The notes beneath the pieces were generated by a model. It had not been told where the DNA came from. It saw only the letters and a list, made by a program, of their open reading frames with translations, and ran no database searches. A DNA stretch of 63,568 nt, counting the filler, from Octopus bimaculoides (Eukaryota): assembly GCF_001194135.2 (NCBI RefSeq). It is 8 parts of 8 records of this genome, joined end to end, with 100 filler letters (N's around TTAATTAATTAA, not from the genome) between each part and the next. Parts side by side here need not be neighbours in the genome. Positions count along the whole stretch, not along the records: positions 16,774 to 42,231 come from NC_068985.1; 7 more parts are not named here. One strand, written 5' to 3'. Positions 27,747-40,300 of the stretch are shown here, one piece after another. Numbering within the stretch: position 1 is the stretch's first letter; every line of letters starts with the position of its first letter. Both the position numbers and the translations under genes were made by a program.

Positions 27747-30700
27747 GATATTTATTTATTTATTTATTTATTTATTTATTTCAGGAAGCCAATAGTGAGG
27801 AACGAAAAATGGCGAGAAGCGTAATGAGCTATCTTACAAATATCAGGTTAATGTTTCAGTTTGATCCAGCTGTAATTCCTACCAAAAATGTATTTTGCTT
27901 TCGAGTGTAGTGGCAGACCATTTGTATTATTTTATATTCTGCGAATAAAAAAGCGAAGGCGTGTGGCTTAAGGGTTACGGTATTCGAATCATGATCGTAA
28001 AGGTCGTAAGATCAATTTCCGGTGATGCGTTATGTCCTTGAGCAAGATAGTTTATTTCTCGTTGCTCCAGTCAACTCAGCTGGCAAAAATGAGTTGTACC
28101 TGTATTTCAAAGGGCCAGCGTTATTACACTCTGTGTCATGCTGAAACCCCCTGACAACTATGTTAAAGGTAGACGTGTCTGTGGAGTGCTCAGCCGCTTA
28201 CACGCTAATTTCACAAGCAGGCTGTTCCGTTGATCGGATCAACTGGAACCCTTGTCGTTGTTACCGGCGGAGTGCCAGTATAAAAATTAAGAAAATTGAC
28301 GTGTTCGAAAAAATATTCGTCAAAAATTTCTTAACTTTCGTTTTGTTTTTCTGTTTTTGTTTCTGATTGCTTATGTCTATTTCAAACCCATGATAATTAC
28401 GAGGTAAGATATTTGTTGTCTTAACACCACACACATAAATTTCATAGTAAATGAAATGTAGAAGCTCCAGCTTTATAAGTGCGTAAAATTTAAAATAATG
28501 TTTATTTATTTTCAGTGATCCGGCCGTAATCCTTGAAGGCAAAGAACCGGATAAATTTTGGGAAATTTTAGGAGGCAAGCAGGATTACGCCACAGAAATA
28601 GTTTCTCAGGTATAAATGATTAAACTGCTTTCTTGAATCGCAGAATTACAGTACTGTATGAAAACGAAAGCCACGAAAGACAACTGTAAAAAGGCTTAAA
28701 ATATTACGACTTAAAGAAATGTAATGATACTAAATTTGTGTATGATCCTAATAACAATTCAAACAAATATCAAAAATATTATTACAGTAGATAATCCAAA
28801 CTATCTAAATTTATAGAAGAGGGAAATAATGTTGTAAGGCGCATCCATCCATCCATCCATCCATCCATCCATCCATCCATCCATCCATCCATCCATCCTT
28901 CGGAGGGGGCTGCTGAAAAGTTCCTGGTTTTGGGTAAAAGAAAGTACAGGAGGATCAGTTAATTATGATTTTATTTAACATATTCTCCTCTCAGATTCAC
29001 ATGCCTATTGCAGCGGTCCTTCAGTTTTTCTAAGCCCTGTAAAACAACTCGGAAAGTAGGACTGCCAACCAAGCCTCGTATATACATACGAGCACCCCCT
29101 CGTATATACATACATGCCCACACATCCATCCATCCATCCATCCATTCACATACGTACACACGATGGCCATCTGTGTAACATTATATATATATATATGCTG
29201 TTTTAAAACTGTATATTTATCGGATCAAAACGAAAATCGTCCTTGTAGTGATTCATGAGAACAACAGATGTATTTTTGTCTTCTTGCGCCTTCCCAATGA
29301 TGATCACTCGCTAGTCAGATACATAGACGAAAGATGGCTTCTCTGATGTAAAGGAAACAGTAAATAATTCATTCACTAATATTGCGAATAACAAACGGTC
29401 TGAATAAGGACAAGGTGTACGCTGTTGAAACAGGCATTAAATTATAATGAATAATATTTAACGTTGAGAGACATGAGGCTGTGGCTTTCGTCTGAGAGAA
29501 AATTTATTCATAGACATGGGTTAAATCACAATGTATATAGGTTATAGGAGCGAGCCTATATCCTATATACATTGTGTTTTGCTGACATTTAGACGATGCC
29601 ACCAGCCAGAGGATAAATTGGTATCTTGATACAGTTTTCTATAATAGTAACCCAATAACTGCAATATCTGCCTCCCTACTCTGTCATTAGTCTCTGAGAC
29701 TTTGAGAGGCTCTTCTAACTAAATCATAAAAGAGAGAAAGGCTTTGATTACGGGTTGTGCAGCAGGCTGGACAGTATGCATACAAAGCTTAAGGTGACAA
29801 AGTAACAATTTTACAATCTTGGTATCACCGTTTTTTAAAAAATTATATAACTCTTAAACAGTTTGATTGGCAAAAATAAGCTTCATTAGGAGTTACACCT
29901 ACCTCACCTCTTTACTCCACGGTATGATGAAAATAAAAATTAATTAATTTCCGTCGGTTTCGAAAATAAATATTCAACTGTACAATCAATTGCCTACTTA
30001 TTGATTTAGCATGTCAGTGGCTAAAAATTCCGTAGAAACGCGTTCCTTTAACGTAATTCTCAGCTATAAGTAACGGTCACTCTCCGATAAGTTTATTATG
30101 GTCGAGCCTGTGGCAGTGGAGACCGGCTTTCTTGGCCCCGTGGACCATATCCCTGTTCACCGCTATCGGGGCGGAGATTGCTGTCCGCAAATGCGAACCT
30201 CATGCGTCGGAGTGGCTGTTTCAGCACATCTTCCTCGCCATCCTCCGGGGCAACACTTGTTCCATTTTGTCTGCTGCAGACAGGGAGGTAACTTATGACA
30301 ACGTTTAACCGCAGCTTCCCATTTCTTTATGTGGTAGAAGATATAGAATAAATAATAGAAAGTAAACAACATAACAATCAGTGACATAGTACATGACAAG
30401 GTAATCCCTTAAATTACAGGTGTGATCATTTCAACGGGCTTCCATACAATTTCATTCAATCCAGTTTCACTTATGATAGAATTGGTAACAATATAGTTTT
30501 CCTTGTAATTCTACAGCCTTATTTATTTATTTACAGGTAAATGGGATAGAAATGCCACCACGATTGTTCCACTGTTCTAATGCTTCAGGGTATTATAAAG
30601 TTGAAGAAATTGTCAATTTTAGCCAAGAGGTCAGTAAAACTTTTTCCGACAATAACATTTTTATATTGACAAATTACCTTGTGTTTGTAGCAGGAGACGA

Positions 30701-32549
30701 AATAAGATCATGTAATATTCATGCTACTATGAAAGAATATGGCTTCTGAAGTGATTAAAAAAACAGGACAACTCTAAGGAATTTAGTATTCTACTGGCTA
30801 ATATACGCTATGTTTCTAGTGTTGATATGGGACCTTAAAATTTCGAAGAGGGCCTAATCGAGTAAATCGACTTCAGTTCTTAATTGGTACTTTATTTAAT
30901 TGACACCACTACCAGCAACAGCAAGAAGAAGAAGAAGAAGAAGAAGAAGAAGAAGAAGAAGAAGAAGAAGAAGAAGAAGAAGAAGAAGAAGAAGAGCAAC
31001 AACAACAACAACAACAACAACAACTACAACAACACCATCAACAGTAATAATAATCCTTTCTACTATAGGCACAAAGCCTGAAATTTTGGTGGAAGGGCAA
31101 GTCGATTACATCAACCCCAGTGCATAAATAGTACTTATTTCAGCGACCCAGAAAGAATGAAAGGCAAAGTCGGCCGCGGCGAAATTTGAACTCAGAGAAC
31201 GTAAGACGGACAAAATGCCGCTAATCGTTTTGTGTGGCTGCTAACAATTCCGCCAGCTCACCTCTTTGACGGGCTGATTACTACCTAGATCAGATTCCAG
31301 GAAACCCCAAAATGGCTGAAGTTCAAAAGATAGTGCTCATGGGAACTGCCCATATCCTACGTAAAATACTGTCTATGTGATCTCAAATTTTAAAGCAAAC
31401 ACATAATTTTCTTATGGTTTCTTAAACATTCAGAGACTGACCATCTCGATTGCACCACCCGAAAGACAATGACAATGCATGGTGCCCTCCATCCTAAGGC
31501 AAATGTACACAGGCTCTACATGAAGAGAGGTAAGGGTGGATGTGGGCTGACTAGCATACGGGAGTGCATCAATAGTGAAAGAAGAAACCTAGCAGAATAT
31601 TTGCTAAACAGCAAAAAAGACCTGCTACAGTATGCTGCTAGTGCAGAAGGAGTTAACAAAAATGAACTTGAGAATGCCCACGAATTCCGAACAAGAACAG
31701 CTAACGAAGGAGAAGAAACCCTACTCCGTGTGGAATTACATGGCCAGTTCCACTGTGAAACCAACAACTTAAAAGACCAAGGAGCATCATGGAGGTGGCT
31801 CTAAAAGGGTGACCTAAAAAAGTATACTGAAAACCTAATCAACGCGGCCTAGGACCAGGCATTAAATATCAACTCAGTGAAAAAGAATATATACCACTCA
31901 AGTGCATCGGACATCAGACAGAATGTGTGGGAAGAGGGTCGAAAGTGTGACTCACATTGTTAGTGCTTGTGAAAGTCTTGCAGAAAAAGAGTACAAACGT
32001 AGACACGACAAAGTAGCCCCAAACCTCCATTGACTACTATGCCGTAAATATGGATATGAGTCTACGGGGACGAAAAGGGGAAGGCAAAATTCCTCGAGGA
32101 CTTTGATTTCCAGACAGACAAAGTGTTAGAGCACCGAAGGCCGGATATAGTAACCTTTAGGAGGAACAAACGTAGCAGTGCCAGGAGATCATGAAAGAAA
32201 GAGAAAAAATTGATAAATATGGAAACCTGAGAATTGAGGTCGCTAAGATGTGGTAGCTACGATAGTCGAACATAAAGGTTATCCTTGATGACATCGGTGC
32301 ATTGGGTTCAATACCACGCAATCTGGAAAAAAAAACATCTGAAAACCTTAGAGATATGCTACAATCTAGATGTATTACAAAAGTCATCATTACTAGGAAC
32401 TGCACGCATACTGCGTAAAGTACTGTCTGTCTGAGGTCCTTGTGATTTGACAAACAGTGCAAACTCCCGGTAGATACAATATCTTCAATCAACAACCTCA
32501 CGAAATTGTATACTGTTTGACGTCTATGATGATAATAATAATAATAATA

Positions 32550-32580
<31 letters not shown>

Positions 32581-34101
32581 TAGTAGTAGTAGTAGTAGTT
32601 GTTGTTTTTGTTGTCGTTGTTGTGTCAGCAACATATCGTTCGATCGCTTATAAGTTTTGCCTTAAGTGCCTTCGAAAAACCAAGTTTCAAAGATTTTATT
32701 CTGTGTTGCATAGAGTTTCNNNNNNNNNNNNNNNNNNNNNNNNNNNNNNNNNNNNNNNNNNNNNNNNNNNNNNNNNNNNNNNNNNNNNNNNNNNNNNNNN
32801 NNNNNNNNNNNNNNNNNNNNNNNNNNNNNNNNNNNNNNNNNNNNNNNNNNNNNNNNNNNNNNNNNNNNNNNNNNNNNNNNNNNNNNNNNNNNNNNNNNNN
32901 NNNNNNNNNNNNNNNNNNNNNNNNNNNNNNNNNNNNNNNNNNNNNNNNNNNNNNNNNNNNNNNNNNNNNNNNNNNNNNNNNNNNNNNNNNNNNNNNNNNN
33001 NNNNNNNNNNNNNNNNNNNNNNNNNNNNNNNNNNNNNNNNNNNNNNNNNNNNNNNNNNNNNNNNNNNNNNNNNNNNNNNNNNNNNNNNNNNNNNNNNNNN
33101 NNNNNNNNNNNNNNNNNNNNNNNNNNNNNNNNNNNNNNNNNNNNNNNNNNNNNNNNNNNNNNNNNNNNNNNNNNNNNNNNNNNNNNNNNNNNNNNNNNNN
33201 NNNNNNNNNNNNNNNNNNNNNNNNNNNNNNNNNNNNNNNNNNNNNNNNNNNNNNNNNNNNNNNNNNNNNNNNNNNNNNNNNNNNNNNNNNNNNNNNNNNN
33301 NNNNNNNNNNNNNNNNNNNNNNNNNNNNNNNNNNNNNNNNNNNNNNNNNNNNNNNNNNNNNNNNNNNNNNNNNNNNNNNNNNNNNNNNNNAGTGGCCGAG
33401 CACTCTACAGATACGTGTACCCTTAACGTAGTTCTCGGGGATATTCAGCGTAACACAGTGTGACAAGGCTGACCGTTTGAATTATAGGCACAACAGAAAC
33501 AGGAAGTAAGAGTGAGAGAAAGTTGTGGTGGAAGAGTACAGCAGGGTTCGCCACCATCCCATGCCGGAGCCTCGTGGAGCTTTTTTAGGTGTTTTCGCTC
33601 AATAAACACTCACTACGCCCGGTCTGGGAATCGAAACCGCGATCCTATGACCGCGAGTCCACTGCCCTAACCACTGGGCCATTGCGCCTCCACCCAGTCA
33701 GGGACATAAAACATATATCGCTAGGGAGAAAAATGCGGTACAGTAGAAGGTGAAGTTTTCGATAGCCGTTTATACTTTCGTTTCAGATATTTTACGATTT
33801 TCATTTCTTAAATATTTCGCTTTTGGATTTAGTTTGCAAGATGCTGCATGTGAGTTCGTGTCTTGAAGCATATTTTGTTGTGTCTAGAGTGAATCATTCT
33901 CTTTTAGTGCCTTATTGTTTAACACACTCATTAGTAAAGTTTCCACTTCCTTATTTTTCAAAAATTTTCGTTGCGTCTTGCAACCTTTCAATAGTTGCTG
34001 AATCTTTCCGTTATGTGAGCTGCGTTCTTTTTGTTTGTTTGTGCGCATGTGTGTGGGTCTGTGTGTTTGCGCATAGACATGTATGTATGTATGTATGTAT
34101 G

Positions 34102-34132
<31 letters not shown>

Positions 34133-35947
34133 GCATGCATGTGTGTATGCATGTATGTATGTGTGTGTCTGTGTGTGCCTATGTATATGTGTTTGTACGG
34201 GTGTACGTTTGTATGTATATATTCTGCATATTCATGTGTTTGCGTTTTCGTGTTTGTGCGTTTTTATGTGTATGCNNNNNNNNNNNNNNNNNNNNNNNNN
34301 NNNNNNNNNNNNNNNNNNNNNNNNNNNNNNNNNNNNNNNNNNNNNNNNNNNNNNNNNNNNNNNNNNNNNNNNNNNNNNNNNNNNNNNNNNNNNNNNNNNN
34401 NNNNNNNNNNNNNNNNNNNNNNNNNNNNNNNNNNNNNNNNNNNNNNNNNNNNNNNNNNNNNNNNNNNNNNNNNNNNNNNNNNNNNNNNNNNNNNNNNNNN
34501 NNNNNNNNNNNNNNNNNNNNNNNNNNNNNNNNNNNNNNNNNNNNNNNNNNNNNNNNNNNNNNNNNNNNNNNNNNNNNNNNNNNNNNNNNNNNNNNNNNNN
34601 NNNNNNNNNNNNNNNNNNNNNNNNNNNNNNNNNNNNNNNNNNNNNNNNNNNNNNNNNNNNNNNNNNNNNNNNNNNNNNNNNNNNNNNNNNNNNNNNNNNN
34701 NNNNNNNNNNNNNNNNNNNNNNNNNNNNNNNNNNNNNNNNNNNNNNNNNNNNNNNNNNNNNNNNNNNNNNNNNNNNNNNNNNNNNNNNNNNNNNNNNNNN
34801 NNNNNNNNNNNNNNNNNNNNNNNNNNNNNNNNNNNNNNNNNNNNNNNNNNNNNNNNNACACACACATGCAAACACACGCACATAAAAACTTACAAATACG
34901 AACACACAAACACATGAATATGCAGAATATATACACATACATACATGTATACACACACTTACATGCATTCATACATACATACATACATACATACATACAT
35001 ACATACATACATACATACATACGTGTGCGCATACACACTGACCCACACACATGCGCACGAACAAACAAAAAGAACGCAGCTCGGATAACGAACAGAGTCA
35101 ATGACTATTGAAAAGGTTGCAAGACGCAACGAAAATTTAAAAAAAATAAATAAGTAAATGAGTGGAAACTTTACCGGTGACTGTGTTAAATAATAAGGCA
35201 CTAAAAGAGAATGACCCTCCCCAGACACAACAGAATTTCTTAAATATATTTCCTTTATTTCTCTAAATACAAAGGAAATAATTTAATTTACAGATTTTTT
35301 ATTAATATGAATTTTGTAGTGAGGACCATTCTATATTTGTATGTACAGTTTAAACGTTATACACATCGTTATAAATATAGATGTTGAAAATTGCAGGATC
35401 TTTATGAAGACGATGTTATGCTTTTGGATACATTTAAAGAGGTCAGTATTTACTGCTGTCGTTCTTTATTTTAAACTATACTGTGCTTGATAACAAATAT
35501 ATCCAAATCCTATACAATATTTTGGCCAATGATTCTAAACATCCCTGCGCAATATAGAAAACTAATTATCCAATACACAATCAGAAACATTACGCACATA
35601 CAAACACACTCACATGTATTTACATACATTTTACGATGTCTTATAACGCCCGTTTCGCTACCATATAGATTAAGATTCAACAGACCCCAAATCCTACATT
35701 GAACACTTACCTGTGTATAAGGAGCATATGATTAGATCCAAGCTACAACGAAGGAGCCCCATATAGTTGAAGTGCTCACAGAAAACAAAATTAACATTTC
35801 GAGTCCTTCATTTCGATCATTTCAATGATTTCGTGAAAAAAATTACAATTTTACACACNNNNNNNNNNNNNNNNNNNNNNNNNNNNNNNNNNNNNNNNNN
35901 NNNNNNNNNNNNNNNNNNNNNNNNNNNNNNNNNNNNNNNNNNNNNNN

Positions 35948-35999
<52 letters not shown>

Positions 36000-36469
36000 T
36001 ACACGCGTAACTACGTCCCTCAAAGTAATTTAAAATGGTAATAATCTCCGCACTTACCACAAACTGAACTACATTACAAAAATACAATTTTTGCTATGCA
36101 GAAACCCTCTTTCTCAGAGCCAGAAAATAATCCATCTCCAACAGCAGTTAATGCCATAAAAATCTCAACTGAGATCTATAATACTGCTGTCACGCCTGGG
36201 ACAGTATTGATAAGCTCTATACATACAGCCTCCACTTCACTGATTGACACGAAGTGGCTTCCATTCATAAGAAGGGATTAGTAAATTCTTTTGTGGCTAT
36301 GACCCTTCTCCCTCCACTAAAGCGTTATTTACTTCACGGAACAACCTAACCTCGTCTTGCGTTTTCTACTTAAACGTTGTAGCTCCAACATTTCTCCCCG
36401 ATCCTTTCGCCTTGGGAGGTGTATATCCATCCATCCATCTATCCATCTATCCAGTCAGCCAGCCAGTTA

Positions 36470-36550
<81 letters not shown>

Positions 36551-37330
36551 CTATCTATTTTTCTATCTATCTGTCTATGCGTCTGTCTTTCTATCGGCCA
36601 GTCAGTGTGTCTGCTTATCTGTCGGTGGGTCTGTCTGTCGACGAAATCCATCACCGCAGCCGTAGAGCGGGGAGTGCACGTTAATGATAGCGCGAAACTA
36701 GGTAGAAATGCATCGAACACTCATTCAACGCTGCTCGGACGAGCTTTGTCACCCTCTGATACATACTGTTTGTGCTTTAAAGCACAGCGCGTCTTAGGGA
36801 GATATATCTCGGCGCATATCGCACTTAATTTTGCCTTTCACCAAGTATTTACATTAAGTATGATACATGAATGGATCTATATTCTGGCAGTTTTACTACA
36901 TTCTAAAAGGCCTTGGGTTTTATTTTTCTTTCCCACTCCCTGGATTCTATCACTTTCTATCTGTCTCAGTTCCCTTTTTTTTTCTATGTCGGTTCTTATG
37001 GTTACTCATATGTACAATCTGTTTTAATATACACATTCTGTCTAATTTTATGAATGCGTACAAAATTATTTATACAGGGGTTCATCGTACGCCTATCTGT
37101 GTACATACAAATTTACCTAATTCTACATACTTCTGAAAGTGGATGTTACTCTTCAAACTCTATACTCTATTTCTTACATATTCTTATATTATTTTTTGGT
37201 AGTGATCTTTTCCATATATATACATGCTTTCTCAGATAATATTGCACTTGACTTTTGAAGCTCCAACGGAGCTATAAGGGGATACACAAGCACTCAACAA
37301 TATGTGTGTGTTTGCATGCGCGCACGCACG

Positions 37331-37376
<46 letters not shown>

Positions 37377-40300
37377 TCACCGTGCTTGTTTCTCTATGCT
37401 TGCCGACCAGTGTTGAGTTTACATCCCCGTAAGCTGGCGGTTCTGTTCAAGAGACCGACAGAATAAGTACAGTCTTACAATCTTAGAATAAGTACAAGCT
37501 TACAAAAAGAAGTACTGGATCGGTTTTCTCAGCTAAGCCATTAAGGCCGTACTCCAGTTCTCTGACTAAAACATGTAAAATTAAAAAAAAAGAAGGAAGT
37601 AGATATTTTAGTTATCTTTTTCTTCATTTCANNNNNNNNNNNNNNNNNNNNNNNNNNNNNNNNNNNNNNNNNNNNNNNNNNNNNNNNNNNNNNNNNNNNN
37701 NNNNNNNNNNNNNNNNNNNNNNNNNNNNNNNNNNNNNNNNNNNNNNNNNNNNNNNNNNNNNNNNNNNNNNNNNNNNNNNNNNNNNNNNNNNNNNNNNNNN
37801 NNNNNNNNNNNNNNNNNNNNNNNNNNNNNNNNNNNNNNNNNNNNNNNNNNNNNNNNNNNNNNNNNNNNNNNNNNNNNNNNNNNNNNNNNNNNNNNNNNNN
37901 NNNNNNNNNNNNNNNNNNNNNNNNNNNNNNNNNNNNNNNNNNNNNNNNNNNNNNNNNNNNNNNNNNNNNNNNNNNNNNNNNNNNNNNNNNNNNNNNNNNN
38001 NNNNNNNNNNNNNNNNNNNNNNNNNNNNNNNNNNNNNNNNNNNNNNNNNNNNNNNNNNNNNNNNNNNNNNNNNNNNNNNNNNNNNNNNNNNNNNNNNNNN
38101 NNNNNNNNNNNNNNNNNNNNNNNNNNNNNNNNNNNNNNNNNNNNNNNNNNNNNNNNNNNNNNNNNNNNNNNNNNNNNNNNNNNNNNNNNNNNNNNNNNNN
38201 NNNNNNNNNNNNNNNNNNNNNNNNNNNNNNNNNNNNNGTCGATAAATTAAGTACCAGTTGTGTACTAGGGTCGATCTAATCTACTAGGCTCCTCCCTCCA
38301 AATTTCGAGCCTTGTGCGTAGAGTAGAAAAGAATATACATAACTTCTCATTCTCGAAATCCCTGGGTGACCAATGTGAAATTCCTTAAGTAATCATTTTT
38401 GTAGTGTGGCTGGCACTACGACTCTTTGCGCGTACATCAATACATTGTCACACATTGAGAATAGGTTCGCATTTGTGTTGCGCATATTTTTATCTCTTTT
38501 GGCCTTCAGCTTTTCTTTGGTTTTTTAAAATGAATTCATCGGTTTCTGATTTTAATTTTATGTCTTGTAATGTAATGAGCAGTTTACGTATGACGTTACA
38601 CAAAACATTTTAAATTTAATTTCCCACTCATAACGCAGCAATTACAGTATCTTCAAATGGTCCAGCATTTTTTGAAATCAGTCTGGCTATAAACAATCTG
38701 CGTGACCTAATTTCTTAGATGGTATATACTCCATCTTAAAATCATAGTTTAATAATATAGTACCCCAGCGTTGCAACATATCAGCAGTATGTTTAGGGAT
38801 TCCTTTCTTCGACTCATATACAAATAATAACGGACGATGATCAGTCTATAGTCAAAAACTTCTACTGAATAAAAATCTATGAAATTTTTTTTACGGCCAA
38901 AATAATCGCTAGTTCCAAAAAAATAATGCCAGTAAGGTCGCTATATTTGTCGGAGAGGGCATATTTTTAATTGCGTCTGCCCTCGACGGATCTGGTCGAC
39001 ATCAATTTCTGTCAGTGATTTGTCCTCAATATTTTAGTTTCGTTAAGAAAAATTCACACATTTCTTCATTTAAAAGTAAAGCTGTAATCCCTAATATTTT
39101 CGAGCACATATTTTGCGTGCTCTACGAATTGGCTCCGGGGTTCACTTTCAATGAGTATATCATCCAGATATGGAATTGCGAATTCACAGTCCGCTAACAT
39201 TGCATCCATAATCTGTTGAAAAATCANNNNNNNNNNNNNNNNNNNNNNNNNNNNNNNNNNNNNNNNNNNNNNNNNNNNNNNNNNNNNNNNNNNNNNNNNN
39301 NNNNNNNNNNNNNNNNNNNNNNNNNNNNNNNNNNNNNNNNNNNNNNNNNNNNNNNNNNNNNNNNNNNNNNNNNNNNNNNNNNNNNNNNNNNNNNNNNNNN
39401 NNNNNNNNNNNNNNNNNNNNNNNNNNNNNNNNNNNNNNNNNNNNNNNNNNNNNNNNNNNNNNNNNNNNNNNNNNNNNNNNNNNNNNNNNNNNNNNNNNNN
39501 NNNNNNNNNNNNNNNNNNNNNNNNNNNNNNNNNNNNNNNNNNNNNNNNNNNNNNNNNNNNNNNNNNNNNNNNNNNNNNNNNNNNNNNNNNNNNNNNNNNN
39601 NNNNNNNNNNNNNNNNNNNNNNNNNNNNNNNNNNNNNNNNNNNNNNNNNNNNNNNNNNNNNNNNNNNNNNNNNNNNNNNNNNNNNNNNNNNNNNNNNNNN
39701 NNNNNNNNNNNNNNNNNNNNNNNNNNNNNNNNNNNNNNNNNNNNNNNNNNNNNNNNNNNNNNNNNNNNNNNNNNNNNNNNNNNNNNNNNNNNNNNNNNNN
39801 NNNNNNNNNNNNNNNNNNNNNNNNNNNNNNNNNNNNNNNNNNNNNNNNNNNNNNNNNNNNNNNNNNNNNNNNNNNNNNNNNNNNNNNNNNNNNNNNNNNN
39901 NNNNNNNNNNNNNNNNNNNNNNNNNNNNNNNNNNNNNNNNNNNNNNNNNNNNNNNNNNNNNNNNNNNNNNNNNNNNNNNNNNNNNNNNNNNNNNNNNNNN
40001 NNNNNNNNNNNNNNNNNNNNNNNNNNNNNNTTGGCATTTAAGGTTTTTCCACGAAATGTAATGTCACTTAACATTTGTCCTTAAAATGTAAATTTTTCCT
40101 GAAACACCACGTGCAATTTTCGAACTTTTTTTTTATATGTACCTGTGTTTATTATCGAGATATCACTACCCGTATCCAACTGTAAATCTACGTTTGTGTT
40201 ATTAATTTTTTGCATACACAAATTTCCTTTGAGCCTCATTTGTATTTCTTGTCACCGATAACCTGTTTATGTGTTTTTTTTTCTGTAGAACTGTTTCTTA

